From an uncultured virus (IMG/VR IMGVR_UViG_3300030117_002316) (Duplodnaviria; Heunggongvirae; Uroviricota; Caudoviricetes): a stretch of 20,000 nucleotides of DNA. Below, in pieces: positions 12,801-19,208 of this stretch. How positions within the stretch are numbered: position 1 is the stretch's first letter; each line of letters starts with the position of its first letter. The translations under genes were made by a program, and so were the position numbers. The DNA lies in IMG/VR virus record IMGVR_UViG_3300030117_002316, positions 45,015-65,014 of that record; one strand, given 5' to 3'. The notes beneath the pieces were generated by a model. It worked only from the letters and a program-made list of their open reading frames with translations. It searched no databases and was not told where the DNA came from.

Positions 12801-15800
12801 CCCGACAAATTAGACAGGTTGCGGGAATAGACTGGCGTGGTGGAGGACTTACTGGACAAAGGCATACGAATTTAATAAACGCAATAAGAGAATGGGCTTC
12901 GCATGCCGCAGAGGAAGAGGGATTAAATGCAGAACTTTCTCCATCAGAAAACTTTAAACAGTGGGTAGCAGAAAATAGAAACACTGTGAGAAAGAGTCTA
13001 GGGATAGATGTTGTAGATTGGGAATCATTAGGCTTTACTTTAGAAAACGATGAGTTAGTATTTGAAGGTATTGGAGATAGCAGAGATCCGGATGTGCCTG
13101 CTGAAGAAGAACTTAGATATATTGTAGAATATGCTATAGGCAAAGAATTATTAGATGTTGAACAAGATAGTAATATCACAACATTTGAAACCGATGAATC
13201 AAGATTAAACTCTACGGGTAAAGATTTAATTCGCTTAGTAAAAGATCCTGATGAATTTAGAAAAGCTGTTAACCGTACTGGAGACATGAACCTTCGTCGA
13301 GTTGCGTCTGATTTAGATGGACTGGAGGGACAAGTATCCCCTCGAAATCTTGAAAGGCTTAGAGCGTTAGTATCCAGAATGTGGGCAATCAACCCAATGA
13401 ATCTTCTTGATTTAGAAATAGGCAGAGACTTTGTAGCTAGAGAAGGAAAGCCTAGAGTAAAAAGATCCGAAGATGGTAAGTTTGTAATACGGATGGGAAA
13501 TAAATTAGACACTCCCCTTAATGACCCAAATGTTGCGTTAGTATTTGCGCACGAACTAAGTCATATGGGTAGAATGAAGTGGGTAGCAGATAATAGTGGA
13601 ACATGGAGACAGTGGGTAGATCTCTATCACAGTAAGGCAGGAAGAACTCTATTAGCTAAAATTGTTCAAGCTTGGCACGGAGGACAGTGGACAGCTGTTG
13701 CTGAACAGGAATATAATTCCTACTTGAAAGATCCAGAAGAATTTATAGCTGCGTTAACTTCTTATTATTTAGTTAACGATTCCCTTCCTGCTCTTGAATT
13801 AGACGAGAACGAAGGCAGAGTTCTGGGAAGGGCTGATTCTATTATTGATCGTATTTTAGATTTTGTAAGACAGCATTTCTTAAGAGTAGCTTCAGTCCTT
13901 ACAAACTTCCACTACGAAGATCCTAAACTTGCAGGACATGTTGAATCCTTAATACAGAAAACACTGGGATGGGATCCTGAAGGAAAGAAAGCATTCACTG
14001 AAATACAAAACGAAGGTACTACTCGTGAAATGTTCTGGGATAAAAGATTTGAAGATCCTGCTAATGATTATATCTATAGCTTAGATGAGCTTCAAACAAA
14101 AATCAAAGAGCACAGTGACTTGGCTGAATTGGGAGAAGACAGAGACGATGCCCAAGATTCTAGATTTCTTAGATTAGATGAAGAGCTTAATGATCCAAGA
14201 TCTGGTGCAGATCACATGCTGGCAGCAGGGCTTTCAAGATATGATTATGAAATAGCCCATGCAGAAAATATGGAAAGATTTGCTGGTCCTAACGGAACGC
14301 TAGACTTATCCGCTATGATGAAATCTATTGATACAAGTAGAGGAGACGCTGTAAACATGACAAGTATGGCGGCTGCTTTACAGTACGCTATGACAAAATT
14401 AGATGACACATACGGTGCTCAATTCCGTCAGGGTGGTGGCGTTGTTCTTCATAAGATTATGAAGGCGGCAACAATGATGCTATCTATGGGACACGGAGAT
14501 CCTGTTAAGTGGGCTAGAGGATTAGCAGACTTAACCGTAGGTAAAACAGGAGCTAACCATACTTGGAATGGTCCTCATCCTTTTGAGGCATTATTGACAA
14601 TGTTAATAAATGATGACATTGCTACAACTATTGGACAGTACACTAATGTACGGGGTACACCGTCTGTTAATCGTAATGTTGTGGGAATGATTGCTACATA
14701 TCAGGAAAGAATCATAGCGTCCCAAACAAAAATCACAAACTTGCTCCAGCCTTGGATGACTAAATTCTTAGGACACGAGGCACACTTTACAACAAAGGCC
14801 AAAGAAAGAAGTGCAAAAATTTGGGATGCTGTTTACTTTGAAATTATGCGCAAGACCGAAAACCCAAACCACGAAGTAGAACTATCAAAGCTTGTTGAAG
14901 ATGGCATGGGAGTAGAGTTAGCTGGTAAGATTAAAACAGAAATAGAAAATATTGCTTTATCATTGTCTAAGTTTATGCAGGACTATATGGTTGCGGGCAA
15001 AGAACTTGGGGTTATCAGTGAGCACACAGCAGACGATACTCACACCCTTCCCTACAAAATGACAAAACGTTTAAACGAATACGATGCTAGATCTGGATTT
15101 ATGAATAACATGGGTACAATGCTTCAAGATAAAATCATAAACACAGAAGAATTAATAGATCCTGTCGTAATGTATTGTGGAGGTCTTCTTCCTAGATTTG
15201 ATACTCTTAAAGGTCTTAAGAATGATTTAGAAGAAATAAAGAATGTAGATAACGGAAGCCTATTCCAGATGATTGCTTATAAGGCAGCAGAAGCTGCTAA
15301 TAAAGCAGAAGGTAAGGACATAGAAGACAGAGCAATAGTGGCAGGTAGAAAGCAGGCTGTTGTTAATCAGTTATATTCTGCGGATGATCACGTTGCTACA
15401 AATGCTTTAGAACACTTTAGACAGGGTGTTTTAACAATCATGCGGGAAATGGGACATAAGAGACTTACTGTAAGTGAACTTAAGAATGACCATAATATTA
15501 ATTGGGATGCTTTTAAAGATAGGTATGAAAGAGCTGCTTCTAAAAATCATGTAGTCCAAGGAGACAGAATACAGGCATTAGACAGCCCAGCATTGGATGC
15601 AATAGTTCCAGACTCTATTCACTACTCCCCCGGAAGAACAACCGCAAGAAAACACCATGTAATGAAAATTAGAAACGCAGTAGATCTTCACTTACATAAC
15701 TTAATGAATCGTGCGTCCGCAGGTATGTACTATACTTGGGATATGTGGTCTATGCCTACTGTTCTTGAAGCAGCCTCTGATCCAGTAATCAGACCTCACC

Positions 15801-17866
15801 TTATTCTTAGTCCTAGAGATATTATGGATGATATGAAAAAAGGCAGAGGCGATAAGATGTTTGAAAGACAGATGATGGTAGATGAGTTTAATATCTTTGG
15901 AGATGTATCTGATCTTCTGAATTTATTCGAAACGGTAGCTAGTAGAGGACCGGGAGAAACCTTCTATAACTACGACGGAACTCCCGTTTCTAGAGAAACC
16001 CAAAACCACATGGTTAAGTCTGCTCAGGTTCTTAGGGGTAAGCACGATGTTACAAGAGGAATTAAGCACTCAGCTGAAGGACCAAGTAGTACTGAAAATA
16101 TCTTTATGCAAATGGCTCCGGGCATTACTAGAACAGTATTCGGAGGAAACCTTGCAATGGCAACTGCTACTGTTGAAGGAATGATGAACGTCCTTCAGGA
16201 AGCTTTGGGCAAGGGTAACATTGTAAACGCACTGCGTGGAATCTTTGCTCCTATCTTAGGTCTTAGTCGAGAGGGACAGGAAAGAGTTGCTAGAGATCTT
16301 GTCCATACCGTAGAGGCTTTAACTAAGGGACACCTTCCTGATCACGAAATGCCAGCTAATGCAATACAACAGAATTGGGCAGTAAAGGCTGTAAACTTTA
16401 CGGGTAGACAGGCAATGCGACCTGCCCAGCATATGTTGAAAACTATTGCAATGTCTAGAGCTGTATCAGCTAGAAACTTTATTACAGACAATCTTTTACA
16501 TAAGACAACTAAGGGTAAAGACGGATCCCGTGTTCCCCGTCTTGAAAGATTGGCTCAGTTAATTAGGGACGAACCTTTAGGGGACGATCCCAAAGCATTA
16601 AGAGATAGAATGCGTAAGGCAGGATTTGGTACGATATTAGCAGGAGACCTCCCCCTTATTTCATATATGTTAAGAGCGGGAGTTTTAAATCTTGAGGACG
16701 GATCCTTTGATAACCTTCAGTCTATGGTTAAAGAAGGAACACAAGAACACAGGTACTACAGTCCGGGTGAGATGTTAGGTAAGTTACACAGGAGTGGTCT
16801 TGAAGTAACCGATCCCGAATATCAATCAAGAAAGAAGATTATCTCTGGTCTTAGGTTTATTGAGAAGGGCTATATCGAAGAAGTGCTGGTGGCTCCTAAT
16901 GCCTTTGATATCTTTACCCCAATGGTCAGTAAGACAGGAGAGGTATCTGGTGTGGGTGCAATGGATACCTTGTTTGAAATCTTCCGGCGATACCCCATGC
17001 TCTTCGTTAGTCAGCATATTTATCGTAAGGCCAATCGTCTTGATTTTACTCGGTTTGCTTTTGGTGCAGCTAGTATGATTATGTTAGATATGGTTTACAT
17101 GCTTGCATTGAGATTAGCTATGGGTGCTTATCCTGAAGACATCTGGGATGAGTTTGAGAAAAACCCTGTACAGTTTACAATGCTGTATGCCAGTAGGCTG
17201 CCTATCCTTGGTCGATACATGGGATTCTTAGCAGAAGCTACAGCTCAGGTTACAAGCATGGCTCAAGGTAGAACCACCAGACAGCCCGGTGGATTTGTCC
17301 CAACGGCAGCAGTATTCACAGCCTTGGGTGGAGGATTAAAAGCAGGACAGTCTTGGTTAGACGACGAACCCCATAAGTGGCAGGACACGATTAATGCTGC
17401 TAGGGTTGTTCCCCTGCTGGGCGAGGGTATCCTTCGCTTAGGGATCTACACAGCAGCCGGAGACAGCATTACAAGACGTAAGCACAGCTCAGGTGGAGGA
17501 GGGTCCGGCTCAGGCTCAGGAGCCCCTATACACTACGGAGTGACCTCTCACGCTCTCAATCAGGGATATAATGTAGAATTACGTAAGCTTCTAGAGGAGT
17601 TCTCTGGGCAGCAGCTTAGGTGGCCTCAGTATGAGGCTCAGCGAAACATGAGTATTCCATTTAGGGATACTACTGTGCCTGAGGTTCCAAAGGAAATGGA
17701 AGGAATGACTCCTCCACCAAGGATGCCCTCCACCTCTGTCCCAGAGCCCGCCCCAGCCCCCGCCTCGCCTCCCGTCCCCGCGCCGACTTCAGTTGAGCCC
17801 GATATGGTAGATCGCCTTAGAGGGCAACAGGGGACATCTGGTAAACTAGCAGACGCACTGGGGTAA
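3839..17866 (+). CDS. 4675-aa giant virion protein; putative virion-encapsidated T7-family RNA polymerase / polyvalent ejection protein with a zincin-type metallopeptidase motif
   Basis: Uninterrupted 14-kb ORF with a strong RBS. Motif A-like IDQVGSGLQI (D1667; T7 FDGSCSGIQH), LEDIY (D1730; T7 VQDIY), motif B REFFKIPVLRRLYG (R1797/K1801/Y1809; T7 RSVTKRSVMTLAYG), HELSH (H3238) plus EEFIA (E3300). Hydrophobic segments near both ends. Only two Cys found by eye. Confidence 0.8.
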   Translation: MSDNTWAYTPIPLTTGSIVEEEMLRERRDKALRTVEKIPFYKDTPDYAAAFESPLIFQDIDSGEIVRGMMHTAEASRQQMKTELTRGFTSRDKGFQQMVSQQAVGGRDLEKYENTILDLTDAQEEILTSGAEGPQWNLEFWNYSVDDIPIYDLAVGGPEDILNDEPPEGWSVDSAIEVFKESDPELYNIMSLSLGGDSGIAEIVKDARNPMEFFVKLQQRQQLLAITESQQEFDRRSGWFGRQYEWGKNFIVNGILDDPDMAGSIALSLGLLVTTGGIGTVGAIAAKVGQTALRGYKFAKAGRAARVAGRALATSAKYGRQAQHWMPENLGPTLVKSVLFKNRYQSWSGLKRFSVNRLADSAEGTISGGIAEFFNQNRMKGLGITDDISYTSVLAEAAVEAMVSPMINPGMGQAMKLVGAVSAVPGTLGAMAWEGTIGKTELGEFLGTLGEKTISMWNPDSVITSMDAYDKKEEIFASMNSLLVEGESVGKSLDENELLAGLLETLKVTTELDDLTFLDKINGALGELILARDNATGTQKKMTGLELAIGLANQLATKDQDIKAAMQGDNYTEFMSVLGTQVTIAQNARRENKTIDEYLDDVNEKGNYFDLLPDVLKERVYKENGGKAVVDKLTDKAKREKAAEIQLEIVKKTREVHNNFQDRTDEQTNKIEKIESDAKKVARKHKVNPPVITVVEEKTDTDLTDTDLADTEEEAIVEKEPSSGMMQHQENMDKIKKGRAELRRVKEELKKKHDNASDADAKEALETDIKEIDNLLSEMAELSRKATESMNVYLRESGQDKKLIELGRTLSTIVADVKKFETDKVKPWEQKMHKFAKPRLGIQQIQIRFMRENFKEEYPDGLRYSDLNSDEQAAINDAIEVLEGRGSKYLERVRDGEKISIKQLKQVVERIGNRMKKIHDDFEKSSEGREWADHVEKQNRALADYQVAFAQYQQENMVSEVIRMAQVRGIAETQKLRRAKEAQLKGMRKTVDQFISEHVAANPDTPISAKQVIDRLPRWSKLRKKLESNRNKGESSINVAELKTMIDEDFADMKKNIRVGKQDPRYRRFKRSDAVKDRYKGRFANEVSDSEILDVDYDQDWLVQNIEIGSPVKSGALFSIEQDSKAFAEFKANLSDLSNTVGAIDNEGTISAWRLTTNMPEYFWDLGLPLHLIFREAMIDPEGTEGASKKGIATYWSGNEEFSHARFDYATVMKILNTWQQITKSRLEGIVADHGKNIASELLEELLEEGSSSNLPNLHRTVEFLNNVIEADRIFNKERFEADGFILTVDEETGFPASFAKQTDGHRFVGAVKKAIHQRVEVLMGRRKYREALRGLIGLDPKKKFERESPEALNSRIAQETADITSYIMSELSDLLNTVGPEHLNYIEYTIEGFGNGEISWSSPKQAGDGIVDTIIGKLVPEKSRLSGVGEVPDIPTTESRVIGQSVRTAAPLEADTNAAAPVPTWEIRRAVENHKFRLRVREVLKRAESGKPLTQAEKDILYNKAHAEYKESRLKDKMDPVADEMDVYVVPQIIGGHLQERIMTRGEAKEFMLEIFLDMAHVSYSFIQDAQTIANGGTLRFKNTAENPQPLAIAGLNVGYDNIVPWGRLGETLALEEMSPNLKGMTETVATAHLAWLAERKEKWLANNPGKEWNINEILSDSNQIDQVGSGLQITTLLSRIGDEGVARQLGEIEALLAGDNENRYEFLDENGDAKVDEDGNFISLALEDIYVNSGLGAVAAMRGKHSDNEFIQGSGQWNTVVFKWLADNNINTAEDFRNALATMEGQELKKAKACREFFKIPVLRRLYGGGLDSWKLEFIGANPRSREKIKDLEAAFADENLKFTDEELLNLGKSWLGHAGKTVGHILDAAMGFEGTMRKKAMSFYTQGRSSQMLSEAWRDIVQSTTIPARDSETAQGAQELVGEDGGIHVMDRIERVKRDLDAKLDWLAERMPGDPDKNRIELEEKYQDRWGKAREFIEEVERKGENLNDGSPNWERLQEILHGNTMSWENIRLFRATNILNASAYSLNMQRMKQVANDFGFPDFDPEDWMGLENQLLFHLNLPTQRSPRSYSVGGLDTHGIFANRVAVNPEKFTAFMQEAKERVLREEGREFTREDFEEALGDWLENRDPDAMGMFDMKDNIFKGETREDVDAELDRLMDIDQLLYMAGEDTLDPKLFPDYHAESSEIAVIDSLNRMWYEHNEKRFRTPEGETDRTIASEIEFEERMLASGEHGRAILLNRAKILGGYRSSKVAKAMGGAKVEYHRREYSASEAIGTKEEHDLYMSTVAPQGPLSLTPKYKRMSYFNRGIPALQREGVQRQINEVMAPIARIDPTLADTAIDARVGDTTNKGVSIFEDHPALLGWKPPWKRENLPMPRPIRIDELLELNIDDEIGRKAVTILQDMREWASLRPDVLEDLESPEGLIYWYVTREIERLRESQLNDLPAYDDFNTTEEEGLAYARRYREKWLKGLHDLTHFSRDIKYGSAKGYTLSDSARELSVQAAKYGEENITEPEWLELLTSRMSENNPRGIGLSSPTRLDKALSFILPRENVILINKLGQNGAKIETNELKMLAQLIQSTDFNLHLLSVLYTNEILPSVLKEFTVTLPDGSTVKPYADKKFKALDSEGNIRRNSKGEVIELAMWEDPNLWEQYIDPSHIHAIIAQAKEWVKKNGKDDIVFDTLIETQITSDPKVAGGKMEKMKVHLASSTPDAVGGRQGSKLMPHVMGGSVFRTVNTQTEVTGKGTLALTPDKALELFAYLESMPVIMKSRRSQWGNIALGFERDPVTGLPREVQPVSRSIEEGLGHSEREIREAEIKRSNALERIIATKEETGINVRMVADETRTTEGGAIVQVVDLDHYSKGDHAARMGRRDSWFESFLSPIEKQIGYLKATNIHSGTSPALLAQLESVVEGAREANLADDVDGDLNAAVAMWLGIMLQLDDWNKFIQLKSYGPIFKTFIGQDRFSKATNAEAFAQAKKLARQIRQVAGIDWRGGGLTGQRHTNLINAIREWASHAAEEEGLNAELSPSENFKQWVAENRNTVRKSLGIDVVDWESLGFTLENDELVFEGIGDSRDPDVPAEEELRYIVEYAIGKELLDVEQDSNITTFETDESRLNSTGKDLIRLVKDPDEFRKAVNRTGDMNLRRVASDLDGLEGQVSPRNLERLRALVSRMWAINPMNLLDLEIGRDFVAREGKPRVKRSEDGKFVIRMGNKLDTPLNDPNVALVFAHELSHMGRMKWVADNSGTWRQWVDLYHSKAGRTLLAKIVQAWHGGQWTAVAEQEYNSYLKDPEEFIAALTSYYLVNDSLPALELDENEGRVLGRADSIIDRILDFVRQHFLRVASVLTNFHYEDPKLAGHVESLIQKTLGWDPEGKKAFTEIQNEGTTREMFWDKRFEDPANDYIYSLDELQTKIKEHSDLAELGEDRDDAQDSRFLRLDEELNDPRSGADHMLAAGLSRYDYEIAHAENMERFAGPNGTLDLSAMMKSIDTSRGDAVNMTSMAAALQYAMTKLDDTYGAQFRQGGGVVLHKIMKAATMMLSMGHGDPVKWARGLADLTVGKTGANHTWNGPHPFEALLTMLINDDIATTIGQYTNVRGTPSVNRNVVGMIATYQERIIASQTKITNLLQPWMTKFLGHEAHFTTKAKERSAKIWDAVYFEIMRKTENPNHEVELSKLVEDGMGVELAGKIKTEIENIALSLSKFMQDYMVAGKELGVISEHTADDTHTLPYKMTKRLNEYDARSGFMNNMGTMLQDKIINTEELIDPVVMYCGGLLPRFDTLKGLKNDLEEIKNVDNGSLFQMIAYKAAEAANKAEGKDIEDRAIVAGRKQAVVNQLYSADDHVATNALEHFRQGVLTIMREMGHKRLTVSELKNDHNINWDAFKDRYERAASKNHVVQGDRIQALDSPALDAIVPDSIHYSPGRTTARKHHVMKIRNAVDLHLHNLMNRASAGMYYTWDMWSMPTVLEAASDPVIRPHLILSPRDIMDDMKKGRGDKMFERQMMVDEFNIFGDVSDLLNLFETVASRGPGETFYNYDGTPVSRETQNHMVKSAQVLRGKHDVTRGIKHSAEGPSSTENIFMQMAPGITRTVFGGNLAMATATVEGMMNVLQEALGKGNIVNALRGIFAPILGLSREGQERVARDLVHTVEALTKGHLPDHEMPANAIQQNWAVKAVNFTGRQAMRPAQHMLKTIAMSRAVSARNFITDNLLHKTTKGKDGSRVPRLERLAQLIRDEPLGDDPKALRDRMRKAGFGTILAGDLPLISYMLRAGVLNLEDGSFDNLQSMVKEGTQEHRYYSPGEMLGKLHRSGLEVTDPEYQSRKKIISGLRFIEKGYIEEVLVAPNAFDIFTPMVSKTGEVSGVGAMDTLFEIFRRYPMLFVSQHIYRKANRLDFTRFAFGAASMIMLDMVYMLALRLAMGAYPEDIWDEFEKNPVQFTMLYASRLPILGRYMGFLAEATAQVTSMAQGRTTRQPGGFVPTAAVFTALGGGLKAGQSWLDDEPHKWQDTINAARVVPLLGEGILRLGIYTAAGDSITRRKHSSGGGGSGSGSGAPIHYGVTSHALNQGYNVELRKLLEEFSGQQLRWPQYEAQRNMSIPFRDTTVPEVPKEMEGMTPPPRMPSTSVPEPAPAPASPPVPAPTSVEPDMVDRLRGQQGTSGKLADALG
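5933..5973 (+). repeat. 15-bp coding tandem repeat (TDTDL x2 plus a partial copy)
   Basis: ACAGATACAGACTTA twice exactly, then GCTGATACAGA, in an acidic linker of the giant protein. Confidence 0.85.
8837..9268 (+). other. Single-subunit RNAP palm/fingers core (motif A, DIY, motif B) within the giant protein
   Basis: D-QVG-SGLQ at 8837, DIY at 9026 and R-x3-K-x7-YG at 9227-9268 occur in T7 order. Asp-to-Lys spacing is 134 aa versus 94 aa in T7 (D537-K631). Confidence 0.8.
13550..13750 (+). other. Zincin-like metallopeptidase motif within the giant protein
   Basis: LVFAHELSH (HExxH at 13550-13564) followed about 60 aa later by PEEFIAA (13736). This is the typical pattern of MPTase domains in phage polyvalent proteins. 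Confidence 0.75.
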
Positions 17867-17893
17867 ATCGACTAGGGGGTCACGAATTTGTCT

Positions 17894-17930
17894 GGGGGTG
17901 TAATGGTTGCATGGAGCAACCTTATCCCCC
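17894..17930. promoter_or_regulatory. Inverted repeat/hairpin between the giant gene and the early-type gene block
   Basis: GGTTGC-ATGGA-GCAACC core (17905-17921), extendable by TAA/TTA and GGGGG/CCCCC. No U-tract follows. Function unknown. Confidence 0.5.
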
Positions 17931-17958
17931 CTTACCCCCCTTGTCAAAGGAGACAAGA

Positions 17959-18255
17959 ATGAAGAAGACAGTACTCATCGTACTGGTCGTGGCATTCCTT
18001 GTTATTGTACCACAGCGTGCTGTGCGTACAATCAATGAGTGTGTCATTGCCAACCTTGGCACATCCATCTTGGAGTGCCAGAGCGTTCGAGATGTCGCTG
18101 TGCTCGGCGAGTTCCTCGTCGAGAACACAGTCGACGGCTGGATTCCCTACCAGATCGGGTTGGATCTTATCGATCCAAGCTGCTGGTTTGGTTCGCCATC
18201 TCACGAGATGGATGATCCGAACGAGCAGTACGACATGCCTCAGTGGGTGCACTGA
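17959..18255 (+). CDS. Hypothetical 98-aa protein with an N-terminal signal/membrane anchor
   Basis: RBS AAAGGAGACA at 17946-17955 favours ATG 17959 over the track's 17911. MKKTVLIVLVVAFLVIVP is a basic-hydrophobic leader and the C-terminus is acidic. Confidence 0.75.
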   Translation: MKKTVLIVLVVAFLVIVPQRAVRTINECVIANLGTSILECQSVRDVAVLGEFLVENTVDGWIPYQIGLDLIDPSCWFGSPSHEMDDPNEQYDMPQWVH

Positions 18256-18467
18256 TGGCAAAGCGTAGCTTCAAAGTCCACGATGTTGTGACCCTGCCGC
18301 CTCGCGGTGGGGCACAGCATCGTGGACGAGGCATCGTCGTCAAGGTCACGAAGAAGAAGGTAACTGTGTTACCGATCCCCGACCACTCGTCGGGGAACCT
18401 CACGTTTAAGCCAGACCAGCTCCGGTACTGGCGAAAGGGCAACCGAAACCGGAGAATGCACGAATGA
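18255..18467 (+). CDS. Hypothetical 70-aa basic protein, possible KOW/SH3-like beta-barrel
   Basis: TGATG stop/start overlap with the upstream gene. Pattern FKVHDVV...GRGIVVKV...KVTV...FKPDQL resembles small SH3/KOW folds. Lys/Arg-rich. Confidence 0.7.
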   Translation: MAKRSFKVHDVVTLPPRGGAQHRGRGIVVKVTKKKVTVLPIPDHSSGNLTFKPDQLRYWRKGNRNRRMHE

Positions 18468-18470
18468 CCA

Positions 18471-18500
18471 GCCCATGCTGCCTTAACGGGTAGCATGGGC
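18471..18500 (+). terminator. 13-bp GC-rich stem-loop (terminator or RNA-processing hairpin)
   Basis: GCCCATGCTGCCT-TAAC-GGGTAGCATGGGC with two G.U pairs, 3 nt after the stop at 18467. It is followed only by a weak ATTCTATAT tail. Confidence 0.55.
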
Positions 18501-18523
18501 ATTCTATATAGGAGGCCTGATGG

Positions 18524-19030
18524 ATGATCAACATCAAGGCTATCGCTTGTGTTCTCGCAGCAATTGTCTGCGGGTTCCTGACTATCGCGTGTGCGTACAT
18601 GGCATATGATGCTTTCGCACACATGGACTTCATGTTCGGTCCTTTGTTCGTCGCTGCCGCTGCTGGCAGTGCGTGCATGGTCTGGCTGTTCTCGGGTATT
18701 GTGCACCTTGACATCTACAGCACAGCCTACGATGAAGGCTGGGATGACGGCTGGGCACAACGAGACGAGCAGTATTCTTGTCTCCTCAAGGAAGCGGTCA
18801 GCTCCCGGGAGTGGGTACATCCCTACCTCAGGCGGCTGAAGGCTTTGGACCCTCCTCTCATGGTCCAACCTCCCGGGGCGGACAGCCCAGCCAATCCTTT
18901 CTATGTTGGCGAGTTGTGCCGAAGGCAACGGCCTATCGACCCTCTCGTCAAGCTCGGACAGGGCGACTACGAAAGATGCGACAAGGACATCATCGTCCCG
19001 CCTATCATTGAGGATGACATGAACGACTGA
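18524..19030 (+). CDS. Hypothetical 168-aa membrane protein (two N-terminal TM helices)
   Basis: GGAGG RBS at 18511-18515. Hydrophobic stretches AIACVLAAIVCGFLTIACAYMAY and FMFGPLFVAAAAGSACMVWLFSGIV, then an AYDEGWDDGW helix. Confidence 0.8.
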   Translation: MINIKAIACVLAAIVCGFLTIACAYMAYDAFAHMDFMFGPLFVAAAAGSACMVWLFSGIVHLDIYSTAYDEGWDDGWAQRDEQYSCLLKEAVSSREWVHPYLRRLKALDPPLMVQPPGADSPANPFYVGELCRRQRPIDPLVKLGQGDYERCDKDIIVPPIIEDDMND

Positions 19031-19040
19031 CAATCTCAAC

Positions 19041-19066
19041 GATGCCCTCTCTTCGGAGAGGGTATC
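19041..19066 (+). terminator. 11-bp stem with a cUUCGg tetraloop
   Basis: GATGCCCTCTC-TTCG-GAGAGGGTATC, 10 nt after the stop at 19030. The G.U pair and UUCG loop indicate a + strand RNA structure. The U-tail is poor (TATT). Confidence 0.6.
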
Positions 19067-19208
19067 TATTGGGATTCTCACGGTGAGACTCCGCTCTTAC
19101 TAACGACGCCATCGTTAAGATGGCAGCACTCCCACCAAGGAAGGGTGAAAGGGAAGCCGGGGTGGTCCTACGACGGTAGGCCGCATGTCTGCCCGGCAAA
19201 CTTCTTGT

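Noticed and set aside
12830..12844. DWRGG in the giant protein, resembling T7 DWRGR
   Set aside because: It lacks the essential second Arg and the flanking aromatic/NPQG context, and lies far downstream of the other motifs. Likely chance.
1805..17078. Minus-strand and alternate-frame ORFs overlapping the two large genes (e.g. 12784..13512, 5806..6144, 16860..17078)
   Set aside because: Ser/Phe/Leu-rich antisense shadows of the purine-rich coding strand, with no recognisable motifs.
17864..17880. T7-promoter-like TAAATCGACTAGGGGG, and CTATATAGGA at 18504
   Set aside because: Only loose resemblance. No conserved ~20-bp repeat is shared among the spacers in this window.
19141..19200. Cobalamin riboswitch-like GGTGAAAGGGAAGCCGG, or a self-cleaving ribozyme
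   Set aside because: There is no following GGTG-AAT-CC T-loop or B12 box, and no hammerhead CUGANGA/GAAA core. Kept only as an unassigned structured leader.
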